A stretch of DNA of 64,000 nt from Candidatus Latescibacterota bacterium (GCA_965222075.1 OZ244937.1:4320001-4384000), one strand, 5' to 3'. Positions 27,983 through 38,226 are shown, counted from the stretch's first letter. The notes: generated by a model not told the origin, from the sequence alone. Made by a program: numbers and translations.

Positions 27983-28831
27983 TTGTTGATCACTCGATAT
28001 CCGCTGAGTATCCAATTCAAGGCAGGGCGGGAGGTGATGGAGCGGTTCGGGATGATGACCGAGGCGCCCACGCGGCTTGTTCTTGAGGCTGCCGATGCCG
28101 TGGCGGATCGGGTTGTAAGCGCGCACGCGCCGTACAGCACGGGGTGCGCCCGTTTGAGTATTGCCGATCTGGACGATGCGGTTCGAGAGGTGTCGATCGA
28201 TCAGCTCGGGCGGTATATTGAGGCGGTTGCGGCGCTATTTCCAAACCTCAAGAAGGTGAATATGCACGGTTCGCCCCGCCGGTGGGTCAGCAGAAGTCGA
28301 ACGCTGGTGGGCGATTACGATCGGCTGATTGACGGGGTGCGCCACCTGGCAGGAATTGCAGGCCGGTACGGTCTGGAGCTGGTCTTGGAGAACAACCGGG
28401 CATACTGGGAAGGGGTGCCCGGGCGTGTGCCGGCGGACCGGGTGAATCGGGAGGCACAGAACGAGTACTTCGGAACGGCGCCGGAGGAGTGGATGCAGAT
28501 CCAGGCGGATGTGGATCGGTCGAATGTGTTCCTCTGTCTGGACCCGAGCCACGCATGCACGTACGCCCACACCTTTGTGGAGGTGGAGAAGCGGCGGGAG
28601 AGGATGATGGCCTTTCTGAACGCGGGAGAGGCGCTGCGGCACGTGCACTGGAACGGGAACGATCTGGAATCTGTGAAGGGACGGCAGGATAGGCACCTGT
28701 GTATTGGCGCCGATACGCTGCCACCGGCGTTTCACCGGGCGATTAAGGGGCTGGACGCTACGCTCCTGCTGGAGCATTTTTACTCGGTGGAAGAACTGGA
28801 GGCCGAGTTGGGGTTTATCGAGAGGTTGTAA
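27983..28831 (+). CDS. Sugar phosphate isomerase/epimerase (TIM barrel)
   Basis: VLENN, CLDPSHA, HVHW, DRH, LLEH; AGGAGG RBS. Confidence 0.8.
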   Translation: MLITRYPLSIQFKAGREVMERFGMMTEAPTRLVLEAADAVADRVVSAHAPYSTGCARLSIADLDDAVREVSIDQLGRYIEAVAALFPNLKKVNMHGSPRRWVSRSRTLVGDYDRLIDGVRHLAGIAGRYGLELVLENNRAYWEGVPGRVPADRVNREAQNEYFGTAPEEWMQIQADVDRSNVFLCLDPSHACTYAHTFVEVEKRRERMMAFLNAGEALRHVHWNGNDLESVKGRQDRHLCIGADTLPPAFHRAIKGLDATLLLEHFYSVEELEAELGFIERL

Positions 28832-28902
28832 TAGAGAGAACTGCGACCGGGTAATTTACAGGCGGCGGCCGCCGTTTCTGTTTTTTAAGCTGGAATCCGT
28901 AG

Positions 28903-29730
28903 CTACGCTTTCAGATTCGGCTCTCTGGGCAGCAGTCGCTGGGGCTGTACGATCTGACGGCGTTGGGGGGTGAGGCGCTCCAGGAGCTCCGGGGAGGGCT
29001 GGTACCCGTGGCGGAAGTTGCCCCAGGAAGGTCCGTAACGGTAGACCACAGTCCGCCGGACGCCCGGGTTGACCCGCTTTGCGGAGCCGTGGGAGATCCC
29101 GTCTAAGAACAACAGCGCATCTCCGGCCGCCATGTGCACCTGGATCGCACCCTCAAGCCCTTCCACCGAAGAACCCTTTCCCATCCGGTGCCTGTCGTAG
29201 TGCGGGTGCTTGAAATTGGATTTGTGGCTGCCCGGAATCAGCATGGTGCCGCCGTCGCCGGGGCCGATGTCGGTCAGCGCGGCGAGGATGTTGACCTGCC
29301 CGCACATGAACCGGCCGCCGTGATACCGGAACTGGCCGCGCATGGTGGGAGGGTGGCCGCCGGAGTGCAGGCCGATGGCCTCTCCCGGTTCCCGGAAGTT
29401 GGCGAAGTTCTCGTCAATGAAGAGGGGGCCGTGGTGGAAATCGAAGGTTCCTTCTCCTCCCACGAAGTATTTCACTTTGTCGATCCAGGCGGGGTGATCG
29501 ATCAGCTTTTCAAAAGGCTCGCCTGCCTCGTAGATCTGCTGGAGGTTGAGGCCGGATGTGCCGTCGCCGTAGTGGTGCGCCTGGATATGGCCATACCATT
29601 CGCCGGGTCTCAGGGGAGGTATGGCGTCCAAACATGCGTTGAGGTCCGCAACCTCCCCTGGCGTCAGCGCCTGCTTTAGAACCAGGTACCCCCGCAGATC
29701 GAACAGGTAGATATCGAGATCGGATACCAT
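28903..29730 (-). CDS. Phytanoyl-CoA dioxygenase (PhyH) family Fe/2OG enzyme
   Basis: FDLRGYLVL, ALTDIGPGDGGTMLIPGSHK, AGDALLF..ISHGS, RR.VVYRY. Confidence 0.9.
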   Translation of the reverse strand: MVSDLDIYLFDLRGYLVLKQALTPGEVADLNACLDAIPPLRPGEWYGHIQAHHYGDGTSGLNLQQIYEAGEPFEKLIDHPAWIDKVKYFVGGEGTFDFHHGPLFIDENFANFREPGEAIGLHSGGHPPTMRGQFRYHGGRFMCGQVNILAALTDIGPGDGGTMLIPGSHKSNFKHPHYDRHRMGKGSSVEGLEGAIQVHMAAGDALLFLDGISHGSAKRVNPGVRRTVVYRYGPSWGNFRHGYQPSPELLERLTPQRRQIVQPQRLLPREPNLKA

Positions 29731-29861
29731 AAACGAATCCTTATTCAGGCATAGGGTAGACTGCCTTGCAAAAACGTCTGGTGATTGCATAAGTATAAAA
29801 TTGCCTGAGGACCGCGTCAAGCCAATTCCCATTGTGCGAGGATGACGGCTCGCGGGTCTGC

Positions 29862-29890
29862 TTGACATTCCCTGCGGATTCGCTTATTCT
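29862..29890 (+). promoter_or_regulatory. Sigma70-type promoter
   Basis: TTGACA, 17 nt, TATTCT heading the 29.9-37.4 kb plus-strand cluster. Confidence 0.7.
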
Positions 29891-29950
29891 GGGCTTCCGA
29901 TCGTGCTCTAATGCGGTGTTTTTTTGGTTCTTGTTCTTTTGGAGGTGGCG

Positions 29951-30982
29951 ATGAACTCGCCTGGCGCACAGCAGGCCGACCCGCCGTTCTACCGGGATAA
30001 GATGCGGATGCTGGTTTATCTGGATGGCGATGGCAGGGAGCAGGCGATTGCAGAGGCCGGGGACTGGCCAAAACGGCGGGCGCACATTCTGGCCAATATG
30101 CAGCTTGTGATGGGGCCGCTGCCCGACCGGTCGCGTCTTGCGCCGCTCGATATGGAGGTGCTCGAGACGGAGGAACTGCCTGGGGTGGTGCGGAAGAGGG
30201 TGAGGTTTGTTTCGGAGCCGGGGGACCGGGTACCGGCCTATTTGCTGATTCCCAAGGGGCTGGAGGGGAAGGTGCCGGCGATGCTCTGTTTGCACCAGAC
30301 GACAGAGATCGGCAAGGGGGAGCCGGCGGGCCTGGGGGGCAAGCCGAATCTGCACTATGCGCTGGAACTGGCCAAACGGGGGTACGTGACGCTGGTGCCG
30401 GACTATCCGAATTTCGGGGATTATGAATTTGACCCGTACGAACAGAGCTATATGAGCGCGACGATGAAGGGAATCTGGAACCACATGCGGGCGGTGGACC
30501 TGCTGCAGTCGCTGCCAGAGGTGGATGCGGAGCGCATCGGCTGCATCGGGCATTCGCTGGGGGGGCACAATACGATGTACGCCGCCGCCTTCGATACGCG
30601 GATTCGGGTGATGGTTTCCAGCTGTGGGTTCAATTCGTTTGCCAAGTATTACGGTGGAGATCTGACGGGGTGGAGCCACAAGGGGTATATGCCGCGTATT
30701 GTCGATGTGTACGGGAAGGATCCGAAGCGGATGCCGTTCGATTTTACCGAGGTGGTGGCCGTGCTGGCGCCCCGGGCGGTTTTTGTGAATGCGCCGGTGA
30801 ACGACGGCAATTTTGAGGTGTCGGGGGTGCGGGATTGTATCGAGGCGGCAGTGCCGGTTTACGAGATGCTGGTGGCGGGGGATCAGCTGGTGGCGGTGTA
30901 CCCGGATGCGGGACACGATTTTCCGCCGGATGTGCGGGAACAGGCATATGCGTTTGTCGATGGGGTGCTGAAGAGGCGGTAG
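29951..30982 (+). CDS. Alpha/beta hydrolase (dienelactone hydrolase / acetyl xylan esterase-like)
   Basis: VPAYLLIP, LCLHQT, GHSLGG, LAPR, GHDFP. Confidence 0.9.
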   Translation: MNSPGAQQADPPFYRDKMRMLVYLDGDGREQAIAEAGDWPKRRAHILANMQLVMGPLPDRSRLAPLDMEVLETEELPGVVRKRVRFVSEPGDRVPAYLLIPKGLEGKVPAMLCLHQTTEIGKGEPAGLGGKPNLHYALELAKRGYVTLVPDYPNFGDYEFDPYEQSYMSATMKGIWNHMRAVDLLQSLPEVDAERIGCIGHSLGGHNTMYAAAFDTRIRVMVSSCGFNSFAKYYGGDLTGWSHKGYMPRIVDVYGKDPKRMPFDFTEVVAVLAPRAVFVNAPVNDGNFEVSGVRDCIEAAVPVYEMLVAGDQLVAVYPDAGHDFPPDVREQAYAFVDGVLKRR

Positions 30983-31019
30983 GGGGATTTTGCGGATGGC
31001 TCCTTCAGGAGGAGTAGGG

Positions 31020-33143
31020 ATGGATTGGAAAATACTGGCGCCGAAGGGGAATTTTCAGACGGTTGAGGAAGCGGCCCGGGGGGAACAGGAGGTGGACTGG
31101 ATGGCGGAGGAGGGGGCCGAACAGGAGGCCTGTACGCTGGCGTTTGCGGCGGTGGAGGCTGCGGAATTTCTGTCGAAGATCCCCGATGTTCAGGCAGAGG
31201 TCGATGCGTTTGAAGGGGTGTTTCCGGAGGCGCCGTTTATCGCGGTTCTGGGGCCCTCCGCTTTTGCGGAGGCGCGCGAAAGGGTCAGCGTTGGAGAGGC
31301 AGCGCTTCTGGAGGTGGAACAGTCTTTTGTGATCAAGACGGTGAGGGAGCAGAATGCCTGCGGGTATCTTGTGCTGGGGAGCGACAGGGCCGGGGCGCTG
31401 TACGGCGTTTATGAGTTGCTTGAGCAAATGGGGTCTCGGTGGCTGGGACCCGCTGAGTATGACACCCATATTCCCGAGGCGCTTCCCGGTCCGCTTCCGG
31501 ACCTGGATATGAGCCGGTCGCCTTCGTTTGTCACGCGGGGGTTTCATGGGAATGAGGACCGGGGAGGAAAGACTTTCCTGCTGTGGATGGTCCGAAACAA
31601 ACTGAATCTGTGGTTCTCTGCCGAATCTGACAAGCCGTTTTGTCGCAAGCTGTGTTTGAAATTCGAAGCCGGTGGACACAGTATTTTTCACCGGTATGTA
31701 CCGCCATCCAGGTATTTTGCCGATTACCCCGAATGGTATGCGCTTTCGGGAGGAGAACGGAAAGGCGAAATTAACCGGGGTGTGGGGTATAATATCTGTT
31801 TTTCCAATGAGGATGTGAGAAAGACCCTGGCTGAAAATCTGGTGGAAGACCTGATTTCGGGAGAAAATCAATGGACGGATACGATCCGGGTCTGGCCTCT
31901 TGACAACGGGATATGGTGTGAGTGCGAGGATTGTCAAAAGCTGGGGAATCCCACCGACCAGACCCTGCTGCTCGCCCACGACTGCCGCCAGGCCATTCTC
32001 AAGGCAAGGAGAGAAGGACGTTTGAATCGGGAGGTTCGCGTTGGTATTCCGGCATATCACGAAACGCTTCCGATTCCGACAAAAGCGCTACCGCGGGATT
32101 TCGATCACGGGGGTACGGTGGTGACCTTCTTTACGATTGAGAGGTGCTTTGCCCATCCTCTGGACGATCCTTCCTGTACCGAGATCAATGCGGGGCTGGC
32201 CGCGCTTTTGAAGGACTGGACGGAGAATCCCGACTGCCTGTTCAAGGGCGATATGTCCATCGGTGAATATTATAACGTTTCAAGCTTTGTCTCGCTTGCG
32301 ATTCCCTTTTCTAAGACGATGGCGGTGGATATCCCGTTTTATTATCACACGGGCGCGCGGCATATGAACTATATGCACGTGCCGACGGCCGACTGGGGGA
32401 CGCTTTCTCTGACGAATACGCAGTTCGCCGCTCAGTTGTGGGATCACGGGCTGGACTGTCAGGCATTTGTTGAAGATTATCTGAATTTCCGGTATAAAAG
32501 CCAGGCGGAAGAGATGGGACGGTTCTACGATATTCTGGAACAGGCAATGTTGAACTGCAAGCCTTTGAAACACTATGCCGGGCTTGAGAAGCCGAGGCAC
32601 TGTTTGTTTCAGATCCTGAGAGAGAAGGGGAGTTCCGAATCTCCACTGACGATTTTTACCAGCGAACACCTGCCCTATGCGCCCTCGTACAGGCTTAAGA
32701 ACGACGGGCCTTCGCTCTTGGAGACGGTCCAGAAACTGGATGAGGCCGAGCGGATTCTCGATCAGGTGTTCTTAGACGCAACGGACCCCACGGTGGCTCA
32801 CCGGCTCGCCGACGATGTCCGGAGGTTCCGGTACACCCGGCATATCGTCCGGTTTCTTTACCGGTTGATCCGGGTTCGACTTTTTGAGAATCAGGACGAT
32901 GCGGTTCGCGCCAAGCTGGAGGCCCGGGCGCTGCGGGATATTGGAGAGACGCTGCGCCGGGAGGATCTGGTGATGCGGTTCCAGCAGGGGGACCACCCGC
33001 ACAACCGGTACGAGAACGGGTTGACGGCGACCTGGTTTGCCAGGGCATATGCACAGGTGATGGCGGCTTACGGGCTGGAGACACCGGATACGCCGGGGGG
33101 AGAACTGGCAGGGGAGAAGGGACGGGATGTGTATAATCCTTAG
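31020..33143 (+). CDS. DUF4838 domain-containing protein (GH67/GH20-like N-terminus)
   Basis: GALYGVYELLE.MG.RW, PSF..RG, GGHS, YF..YPEWYAL, ICFSN, WCECEDC. Confidence 0.8.
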   Translation: MDWKILAPKGNFQTVEEAARGEQEVDWMAEEGAEQEACTLAFAAVEAAEFLSKIPDVQAEVDAFEGVFPEAPFIAVLGPSAFAEARERVSVGEAALLEVEQSFVIKTVREQNACGYLVLGSDRAGALYGVYELLEQMGSRWLGPAEYDTHIPEALPGPLPDLDMSRSPSFVTRGFHGNEDRGGKTFLLWMVRNKLNLWFSAESDKPFCRKLCLKFEAGGHSIFHRYVPPSRYFADYPEWYALSGGERKGEINRGVGYNICFSNEDVRKTLAENLVEDLISGENQWTDTIRVWPLDNGIWCECEDCQKLGNPTDQTLLLAHDCRQAILKARREGRLNREVRVGIPAYHETLPIPTKALPRDFDHGGTVVTFFTIERCFAHPLDDPSCTEINAGLAALLKDWTENPDCLFKGDMSIGEYYNVSSFVSLAIPFSKTMAVDIPFYYHTGARHMNYMHVPTADWGTLSLTNTQFAAQLWDHGLDCQAFVEDYLNFRYKSQAEEMGRFYDILEQAMLNCKPLKHYAGLEKPRHCLFQILREKGSSESPLTIFTSEHLPYAPSYRLKNDGPSLLETVQKLDEAERILDQVFLDATDPTVAHRLADDVRRFRYTRHIVRFLYRLIRVRLFENQDDAVRAKLEARALRDIGETLRREDLVMRFQQGDHPHNRYENGLTATWFARAYAQVMAAYGLETPDTPGGELAGEKGRDVYNP

Positions 33144-33160
33144 GGAGGGTTACAAAGGAG

Positions 33161-34117
33161 ATGGATATGAGACTGATGGATCAGCTGAACTGGAAGGATG
33201 TGACGTCGGAGAATCTGAATTTTTACAGGGCCGTGGGGGTGGAGTGTTTGATTGTTCACCTGCCGGTGGAGATGGCCGATGGGAAGGACCATACGGAGGA
33301 TTTTCAGCGGTTGAAGCAGTTTGTGGCGGACCACGGGCTGGAGCTGGCGGTGCTGCATTCCCATTATGTTCCCCGGGACAAGATCGTGATGGGGCTGCCA
33401 GGGCGGGACGAGCAGATCGAGGTGTGGAAGCAGGTGCTGCGGGCGATTGGGGGGGCGGGGGTTTCGAGGACGGCGACGACGTTTTACGCGATCAGCCATT
33501 TTCGGTCGGTCGCGACGACCGGCCGGGGTGGGGCCACGTACAGTACGTTCGATTACGAGGCGCTGATGAAAGATCCGCCCTACGTTCCGGACAAGGTGAT
33601 CGGCGCGGAAGCGCTGTTTGAGCATATCGGGTATTTTCTGAAGCGCGTGGTTCCCGTAGCGGAAGAGGCCGGGGTGCGGATTGCGCTGCATCCGGACGAT
33701 CCGCCGATTCCGGACCCGCTGGGAGGCGCGGCCCGGATTGTGGGGAGCCTGGACAATTACGAGCGGATTTTTGGGATGGTGCCCAGCCGGTCCAACGGGA
33801 TGCTGTTCTGCCAGGGGTGCGTGGCCGAGATGGGGGAGGATGTGATCAAGGCGATCCACAGGATCGGGTCGCAGGATAAGATCGTGTTCGTGCATTTCCG
33901 GGATATCCGGGGGATGCCCTACAAGTTCCAGGAGGTGTTTATCGACGAGGGGGACAACGATATGCTGCGGGCGATGGAGGCCTATAAGGCGGTGGGCTAC
34001 GACGGGCCGATTATGCTGGACCACACCCCCGGCATCCCGGCCGATCCGACGGGCAGGGCGGGGCATGCGTATGCGAACGGGTATATTAAGGCGCTGATTC
34101 AGGCGGTATATCGGTAA
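33161..34117 (+). CDS. uxuA: Mannonate dehydratase family protein
   Basis: VVPVAEEAGVRIALHPDDPP, FCQG, FVHFRD, FIDEGD, DHTP. Confidence 0.88.
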   Translation: MDMRLMDQLNWKDVTSENLNFYRAVGVECLIVHLPVEMADGKDHTEDFQRLKQFVADHGLELAVLHSHYVPRDKIVMGLPGRDEQIEVWKQVLRAIGGAGVSRTATTFYAISHFRSVATTGRGGATYSTFDYEALMKDPPYVPDKVIGAEALFEHIGYFLKRVVPVAEEAGVRIALHPDDPPIPDPLGGAARIVGSLDNYERIFGMVPSRSNGMLFCQGCVAEMGEDVIKAIHRIGSQDKIVFVHFRDIRGMPYKFQEVFIDEGDNDMLRAMEAYKAVGYDGPIMLDHTPGIPADPTGRAGHAYANGYIKALIQAVYR

Positions 34118-34130
34118 AAGGACAGGAGGG

Positions 34131-35381
34131 ATGAACATAAGCAAGCTTGCATTACACGGCGGGGAGCCGGTTCGCACGGCGCCGCCTCCGGAGTGGCCGG
34201 TTTACGATGAGCGGGAGGCGGAAGCGGCCGCCCGGGTGGCCCAAAGCGGGAAGTGGCAGTACGGGGTGGGGACGGAGGGGACCAGGCTGGAAGCGGAGTT
34301 TGCCGATTGGATTGGGGCGGCGCACGCGATCGGGACGATTAACGGTACGGAGACGATGACGATTGCGCTGAAGGCGGCGGGGGTGGGGCCGGGGGACGAG
34401 GTAATCATGCCCACGACGACGTTCGTGGCCTGCCCGCTGTCGGTGCTGCTGGCGGGAGCAGTGCCGGTGCCGGTGGATATCGATCCGGCGAATCTGTCGA
34501 TGCATCCTCAGGCGACGGAGGCGGCGATTACCGAGCGGACACGGGCGCTGATGCCGGTGCACTTAGCAGGTATTCCGGCCGATATGGACGCGATGATGGC
34601 GCTCGCGCAGCAGCACAACCTGATGGTGCTGGAGGATACGGCGCAGGCACAGGGAGCGGAGTGGAAGGGGAAGAAGGTGGGGACGATCGGGCATGCGGGG
34701 TCGTTCAGTTTTCACACGGCCAAGACGATGGTGTCGGGCGACGGGGGGATGATTACGACGGACGATGCGGCGCTGGCCGATCTGTGCCGGTCCTACCGGC
34801 AGTTTGGAAGCCCCCAGGCCGGGGCGGCGCATGCGTACACGGTGACGGGCGGAAATTACCGGATGAGCGAGTTCGTAGCGGCGGTGCTGAGGGTGCAGTT
34901 GTCGCGGGTGGATGAGCTAATCGACCGGCGGATTGAGAACGCGGCGCATCTGACAGCACGGCTGGGCGATGTGCCGGGGCTGCATCCGTATGCGCTGGAC
35001 GAACGGATTACGCGGTGCAGTTATCTGAGCTACAGCATGAACTACACTGCTGCGGAACTGGCGGGGGTGCACCGGGATGTGTTTTTAAAGGCGCTGAGGG
35101 CCGAGGGGATTTCCGTTCGGACGGGGTATACGACGCTGGTGCACGAGATGGCACTGTGCAACGGGGAGAATTTGCGCGAGGAGGATCTGCAGCGGTTTAC
35201 AGGGCGAAATATTGAAGCAGCGAAGGAGGGGCGTTTTCCCCATGCCGAACACGCGCGTGCGAATACGACGATGTGGATGGTGCAGAACTGGCTGCTGGGA
35301 GATCGGGAGGTGGTGGACGATGTGGTGCGGGCGGTGTATAAGGTGGTGGAGAATATCGGAGCGCTGTTGGGGGAAGCGTGA
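34131..35381 (+). CDS. DegT/DnrJ/EryC1/StrS family PLP aminotransferase
   Basis: LALHGGEP, GVGPGDEVI, VHLAG, EDTAQA, FSFHTAK, GNYRMSE. Confidence 0.93.
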   Translation: MNISKLALHGGEPVRTAPPPEWPVYDEREAEAAARVAQSGKWQYGVGTEGTRLEAEFADWIGAAHAIGTINGTETMTIALKAAGVGPGDEVIMPTTTFVACPLSVLLAGAVPVPVDIDPANLSMHPQATEAAITERTRALMPVHLAGIPADMDAMMALAQQHNLMVLEDTAQAQGAEWKGKKVGTIGHAGSFSFHTAKTMVSGDGGMITTDDAALADLCRSYRQFGSPQAGAAHAYTVTGGNYRMSEFVAAVLRVQLSRVDELIDRRIENAAHLTARLGDVPGLHPYALDERITRCSYLSYSMNYTAAELAGVHRDVFLKALRAEGISVRTGYTTLVHEMALCNGENLREEDLQRFTGRNIEAAKEGRFPHAEHARANTTMWMVQNWLLGDREVVDDVVRAVYKVVENIGALLGEA

Positions 35382-35431
35382 GGCGACAGCAGGGGCGGGG
35401 GTTTCCCGCCCTTTGTGATAAGGAGAGAACA

Positions 35432-37426
35432 GTGGCCGAAATTCCAGGAGACGAACGCGAAATCCAGGATGCGGATGTTCTCAATGCCCTGGACCTGACA
35501 CGGCGGGATCTGGGGGGGGTGCGTCGGACGCTGGACGCAGGCGATCTGGCTTCTGCTAAAGGAGCGCTGGTGGAGCACTTCCGCGTTCGGCAGCGGCCCC
35601 GGTGGTTTTTCGATGCGCGAACCGGGAGGCGAAAAGATGTGCCGTCTTCGTGGAGTGGGCCGGATGCGGCGGCGGTGCGGCGTGCGGACCATGTGCTGAA
35701 GAACCGGTTCCATCTGACCGGGGACAAGCTGTGGGACTTCGGGAAGGATCTGAAGTGGTATATCAAAGAGATGCGGGGGCTGGCCTCACCACCGTCGATT
35801 TTCAAGCGGTGCAACTGGATGCGGGACCTGGCCACGGCCTATGCCCGGACCGGGCGTTCGGTGTACGCGGCCAAGTTCGCGGCGTTGGTGGACCGCTGGC
35901 TTTTGGACTGGCCGCTGGTGGTGGACCGGGATTTCGGGCCCAGGAAAGCGATCTTTTCCAGGCCAGATGGGCATAAGGCGATGCCTACGGCCTTCCGGGT
36001 AGTTTCCTGGCTGGACTGTCTGTACGGGGGGATTGTTTTCGCACCCGAGGTCTCGGTGGAAACGGCGTTCGGGCTGATCCGATCGATCTGGTTTACGGCC
36101 TTGCAGTACCGGCGTTACGAGACGAGCCCGTACGTGTCGGCGAACCACCACCTGTGGGAGCGGGGAACAGCGCCGTTTGTGTTTGGGATGATGCTGCCCG
36201 AGTTTCCCGAGGTGGTCAAGCTGGTTGAGCAGGGGCGACCGGTGATCGCAAAGCATGTGAAGCACAGTTTTCTGTCGGATGGAGGCTACGAGGAGCGGTC
36301 CACGGGGTACACGATTGCTTCTTTCAGCATGTTTACCAGGCCGCTGAAACTGGCCACACTGAACCGGGTTTCCCTGTTGAATGCAGAGGAAAAGGCCCGG
36401 CTGAAGCGGTGTGCGGAAAATATGGCGCTGATCACGCTGCCCACGGGAGCGCCGCCCGATATCGGCGACGGCAGGCCGGTGGTGTCGTCCAACGCCCGTT
36501 CGATGGGGATTTCCGAGGGGCTGTTTAAAAGCCGGGTGGCTGCGGATGTGGTGAACCGGCTTGGTTTGAAGCGGTACGTGGACCCCGAAGACCGCGAGGC
36601 GCTAAAGGGGGTGAAACCGCAGAAGCTGCCGCTGGTGGTGCACCAACCGGCGTCGGGCTATTTTGTGGCGCGGGATGCGTGGACGCCCCGGGCATCCGGG
36701 ATGGCGCTGTCAACGCCGGGGCCGGGATTGCCGAATCACGCGCACGACGATGCGCTGTCGCTACAGCTTGTGGTGCGCGGAGAGGAGATGGTGGGGACGC
36801 CGATGACGGAGCTGTACTCTTATCTGAATAAGGAGGAGATTCGTAAGAAGCCGATTCGAGGGCATTTTTACGCGATGACGTCGCACAACGTGGTGCTGGT
36901 GGGGGGAGAACCTGCCCGGTCGATAGCGGAGCTGACGGAGAGATGGGGACCCGAGCCGACGCCGGTGAGGACAGAGGTCGAGGAGGACGACGGCGGGGTG
37001 CGGGTGATGAGTTCCCACAAGGGGTATGAAGACGTGAGGCTGTCGCGGCAGGTGAATTTCCAGTACCGCAAGGGGTGGACGGTCGTGGACCGGGTCAAGG
37101 GGGGCGAAGGAAAGCCGCACGTTGCCCGGTGGCATTTCGAGTACGGGGTGGAGGTGGAGGAGACGGAAGACGGGTTTGTAGCGACGCGGAGAAAGGTGCG
37201 TCTGGGCGTTTGTGTGAACGCCGACGGAAGGGTGAAGACGCGGCTTTATCGGGACAACCGGTGGCTGGGCAGGAATCCGTTGCGCCGGGGAGAGGTAGCG
37301 CCGTGGGTGCTGGATGTGGGGTTTGGAGGGACGGGGGATGATGCGCTCGAGACGCGGTTTGAGATTTTGAAGGGGAGCCGGAGGGGTATTGAGGCCCTCA
37401 TCATTGGTGTACGTTTGGTTCTCTGA
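35432..37426 (+). CDS. Heparinase II/III family protein
   Basis: ANHHLWE, DGGYEERS.GY, PDIGDG, SGYFVAR, HAHDDALS, SHNVV; GTG 35432 after AAGGAG. Confidence 0.85.
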   Translation: MAEIPGDEREIQDADVLNALDLTRRDLGGVRRTLDAGDLASAKGALVEHFRVRQRPRWFFDARTGRRKDVPSSWSGPDAAAVRRADHVLKNRFHLTGDKLWDFGKDLKWYIKEMRGLASPPSIFKRCNWMRDLATAYARTGRSVYAAKFAALVDRWLLDWPLVVDRDFGPRKAIFSRPDGHKAMPTAFRVVSWLDCLYGGIVFAPEVSVETAFGLIRSIWFTALQYRRYETSPYVSANHHLWERGTAPFVFGMMLPEFPEVVKLVEQGRPVIAKHVKHSFLSDGGYEERSTGYTIASFSMFTRPLKLATLNRVSLLNAEEKARLKRCAENMALITLPTGAPPDIGDGRPVVSSNARSMGISEGLFKSRVAADVVNRLGLKRYVDPEDREALKGVKPQKLPLVVHQPASGYFVARDAWTPRASGMALSTPGPGLPNHAHDDALSLQLVVRGEEMVGTPMTELYSYLNKEEIRKKPIRGHFYAMTSHNVVLVGGEPARSIAELTERWGPEPTPVRTEVEEDDGGVRVMSSHKGYEDVRLSRQVNFQYRKGWTVVDRVKGGEGKPHVARWHFEYGVEVEETEDGFVATRRKVRLGVCVNADGRVKTRLYRDNRWLGRNPLRRGEVAPWVLDVGFGGTGDDALETRFEILKGSRRGIEALIIGVRLVL

Positions 37427-38183
37427 ATCTGAACAGGAGGATGCCCGCGGCGATGGCGACGTTGAGGGAGTTGACGCCACCGGCCATGGGGATGGTGAGG
37501 GTGCTGTCTACCAGGGTGCTGAGGGTGGGGTCGACGCCGAAGGTTTCGTTGCCAAGGAGGAGGGCGAAGCGGTCCGGGCGGCCGACTTCGTAGAAAGGGG
37601 CGCCTTCGAGGTGCGCGGAAAGGACCCTGACGCTGCGGGCGTGGAGGTGCTGAATGAGGGAGGAGAGGTCTGTGTTGCGGAAGACAGGCAGGCGAAAGAT
37701 GGCGCCCCGGGAGGCGCGGACGACCTTGGGGTTGTAGAGTTCGACAGAGCCTTTGGAGAGGAACAGGGCGCCCACGCCGGCGGCTTCGGCGGTGCGCTGG
37801 ATGAGGCCCAGGTTGCCGGGGTCGCGGATGCGGTCGAGGAGGAGGCAGGCGGAGACATCATCCAGGATGCGGTTTCGGTCCCAGGTGGGCATGCGCACAA
37901 CGCCCAGGACGCCTTCGGGCTGCCGGGTCTCGCCCATGTGCTTGAGGGCGCGGCGGTCGGTCTGCTGGATAAAGATGCTGCGCTCTGCTGCTGCCTGGAA
38001 GATCTGCTTCAGGCGGTCGTCAGTTTTCAGGGCCTCCCGGTCGAAGACGATCTGCTCCACCGGGGCGCCGGAGAAGAGGGCCTCCTGGGTGAGGCGAATG
38101 CCTTCGACCAAGAATTTTTGCTCGGCCTCCCGTGCCTTGCGGTGTTTGAGGGCGGTGATTTTTCGGGCGTTTTTGACGGGCAT
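37401..38183 (-). CDS. TrmH/SpoU family RNA methyltransferase
   Basis: FLVEG, DPGNLG, NPKVVRAS.G, GNE..G, IPM.G..NSLNVA. Confidence 0.93.
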   Translation of the reverse strand: MPVKNARKITALKHRKAREAEQKFLVEGIRLTQEALFSGAPVEQIVFDREALKTDDRLKQIFQAAAERSIFIQQTDRRALKHMGETRQPEGVLGVVRMPTWDRNRILDDVSACLLLDRIRDPGNLGLIQRTAEAAGVGALFLSKGSVELYNPKVVRASRGAIFRLPVFRNTDLSSLIQHLHARSVRVLSAHLEGAPFYEVGRPDRFALLLGNETFGVDPTLSTLVDSTLTIPMAGGVNSLNVAIAAGILLFRFREPNVHQ

Positions 38184-38201
38184 GAGAGAAGCAGTGTTCC
38201 A

Positions 38202-38226
38202 AGGGGCACGGTTGCCGTGCCCCTAC
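38202..38226. repeat. GTAG-type REP palindrome (copies also at 55374-55393 and 63190-63214)
   Basis: GGGGCACG(G..)GCCGTGCCC(C/G)TAC at three intergenic sites. Confidence 0.75.
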
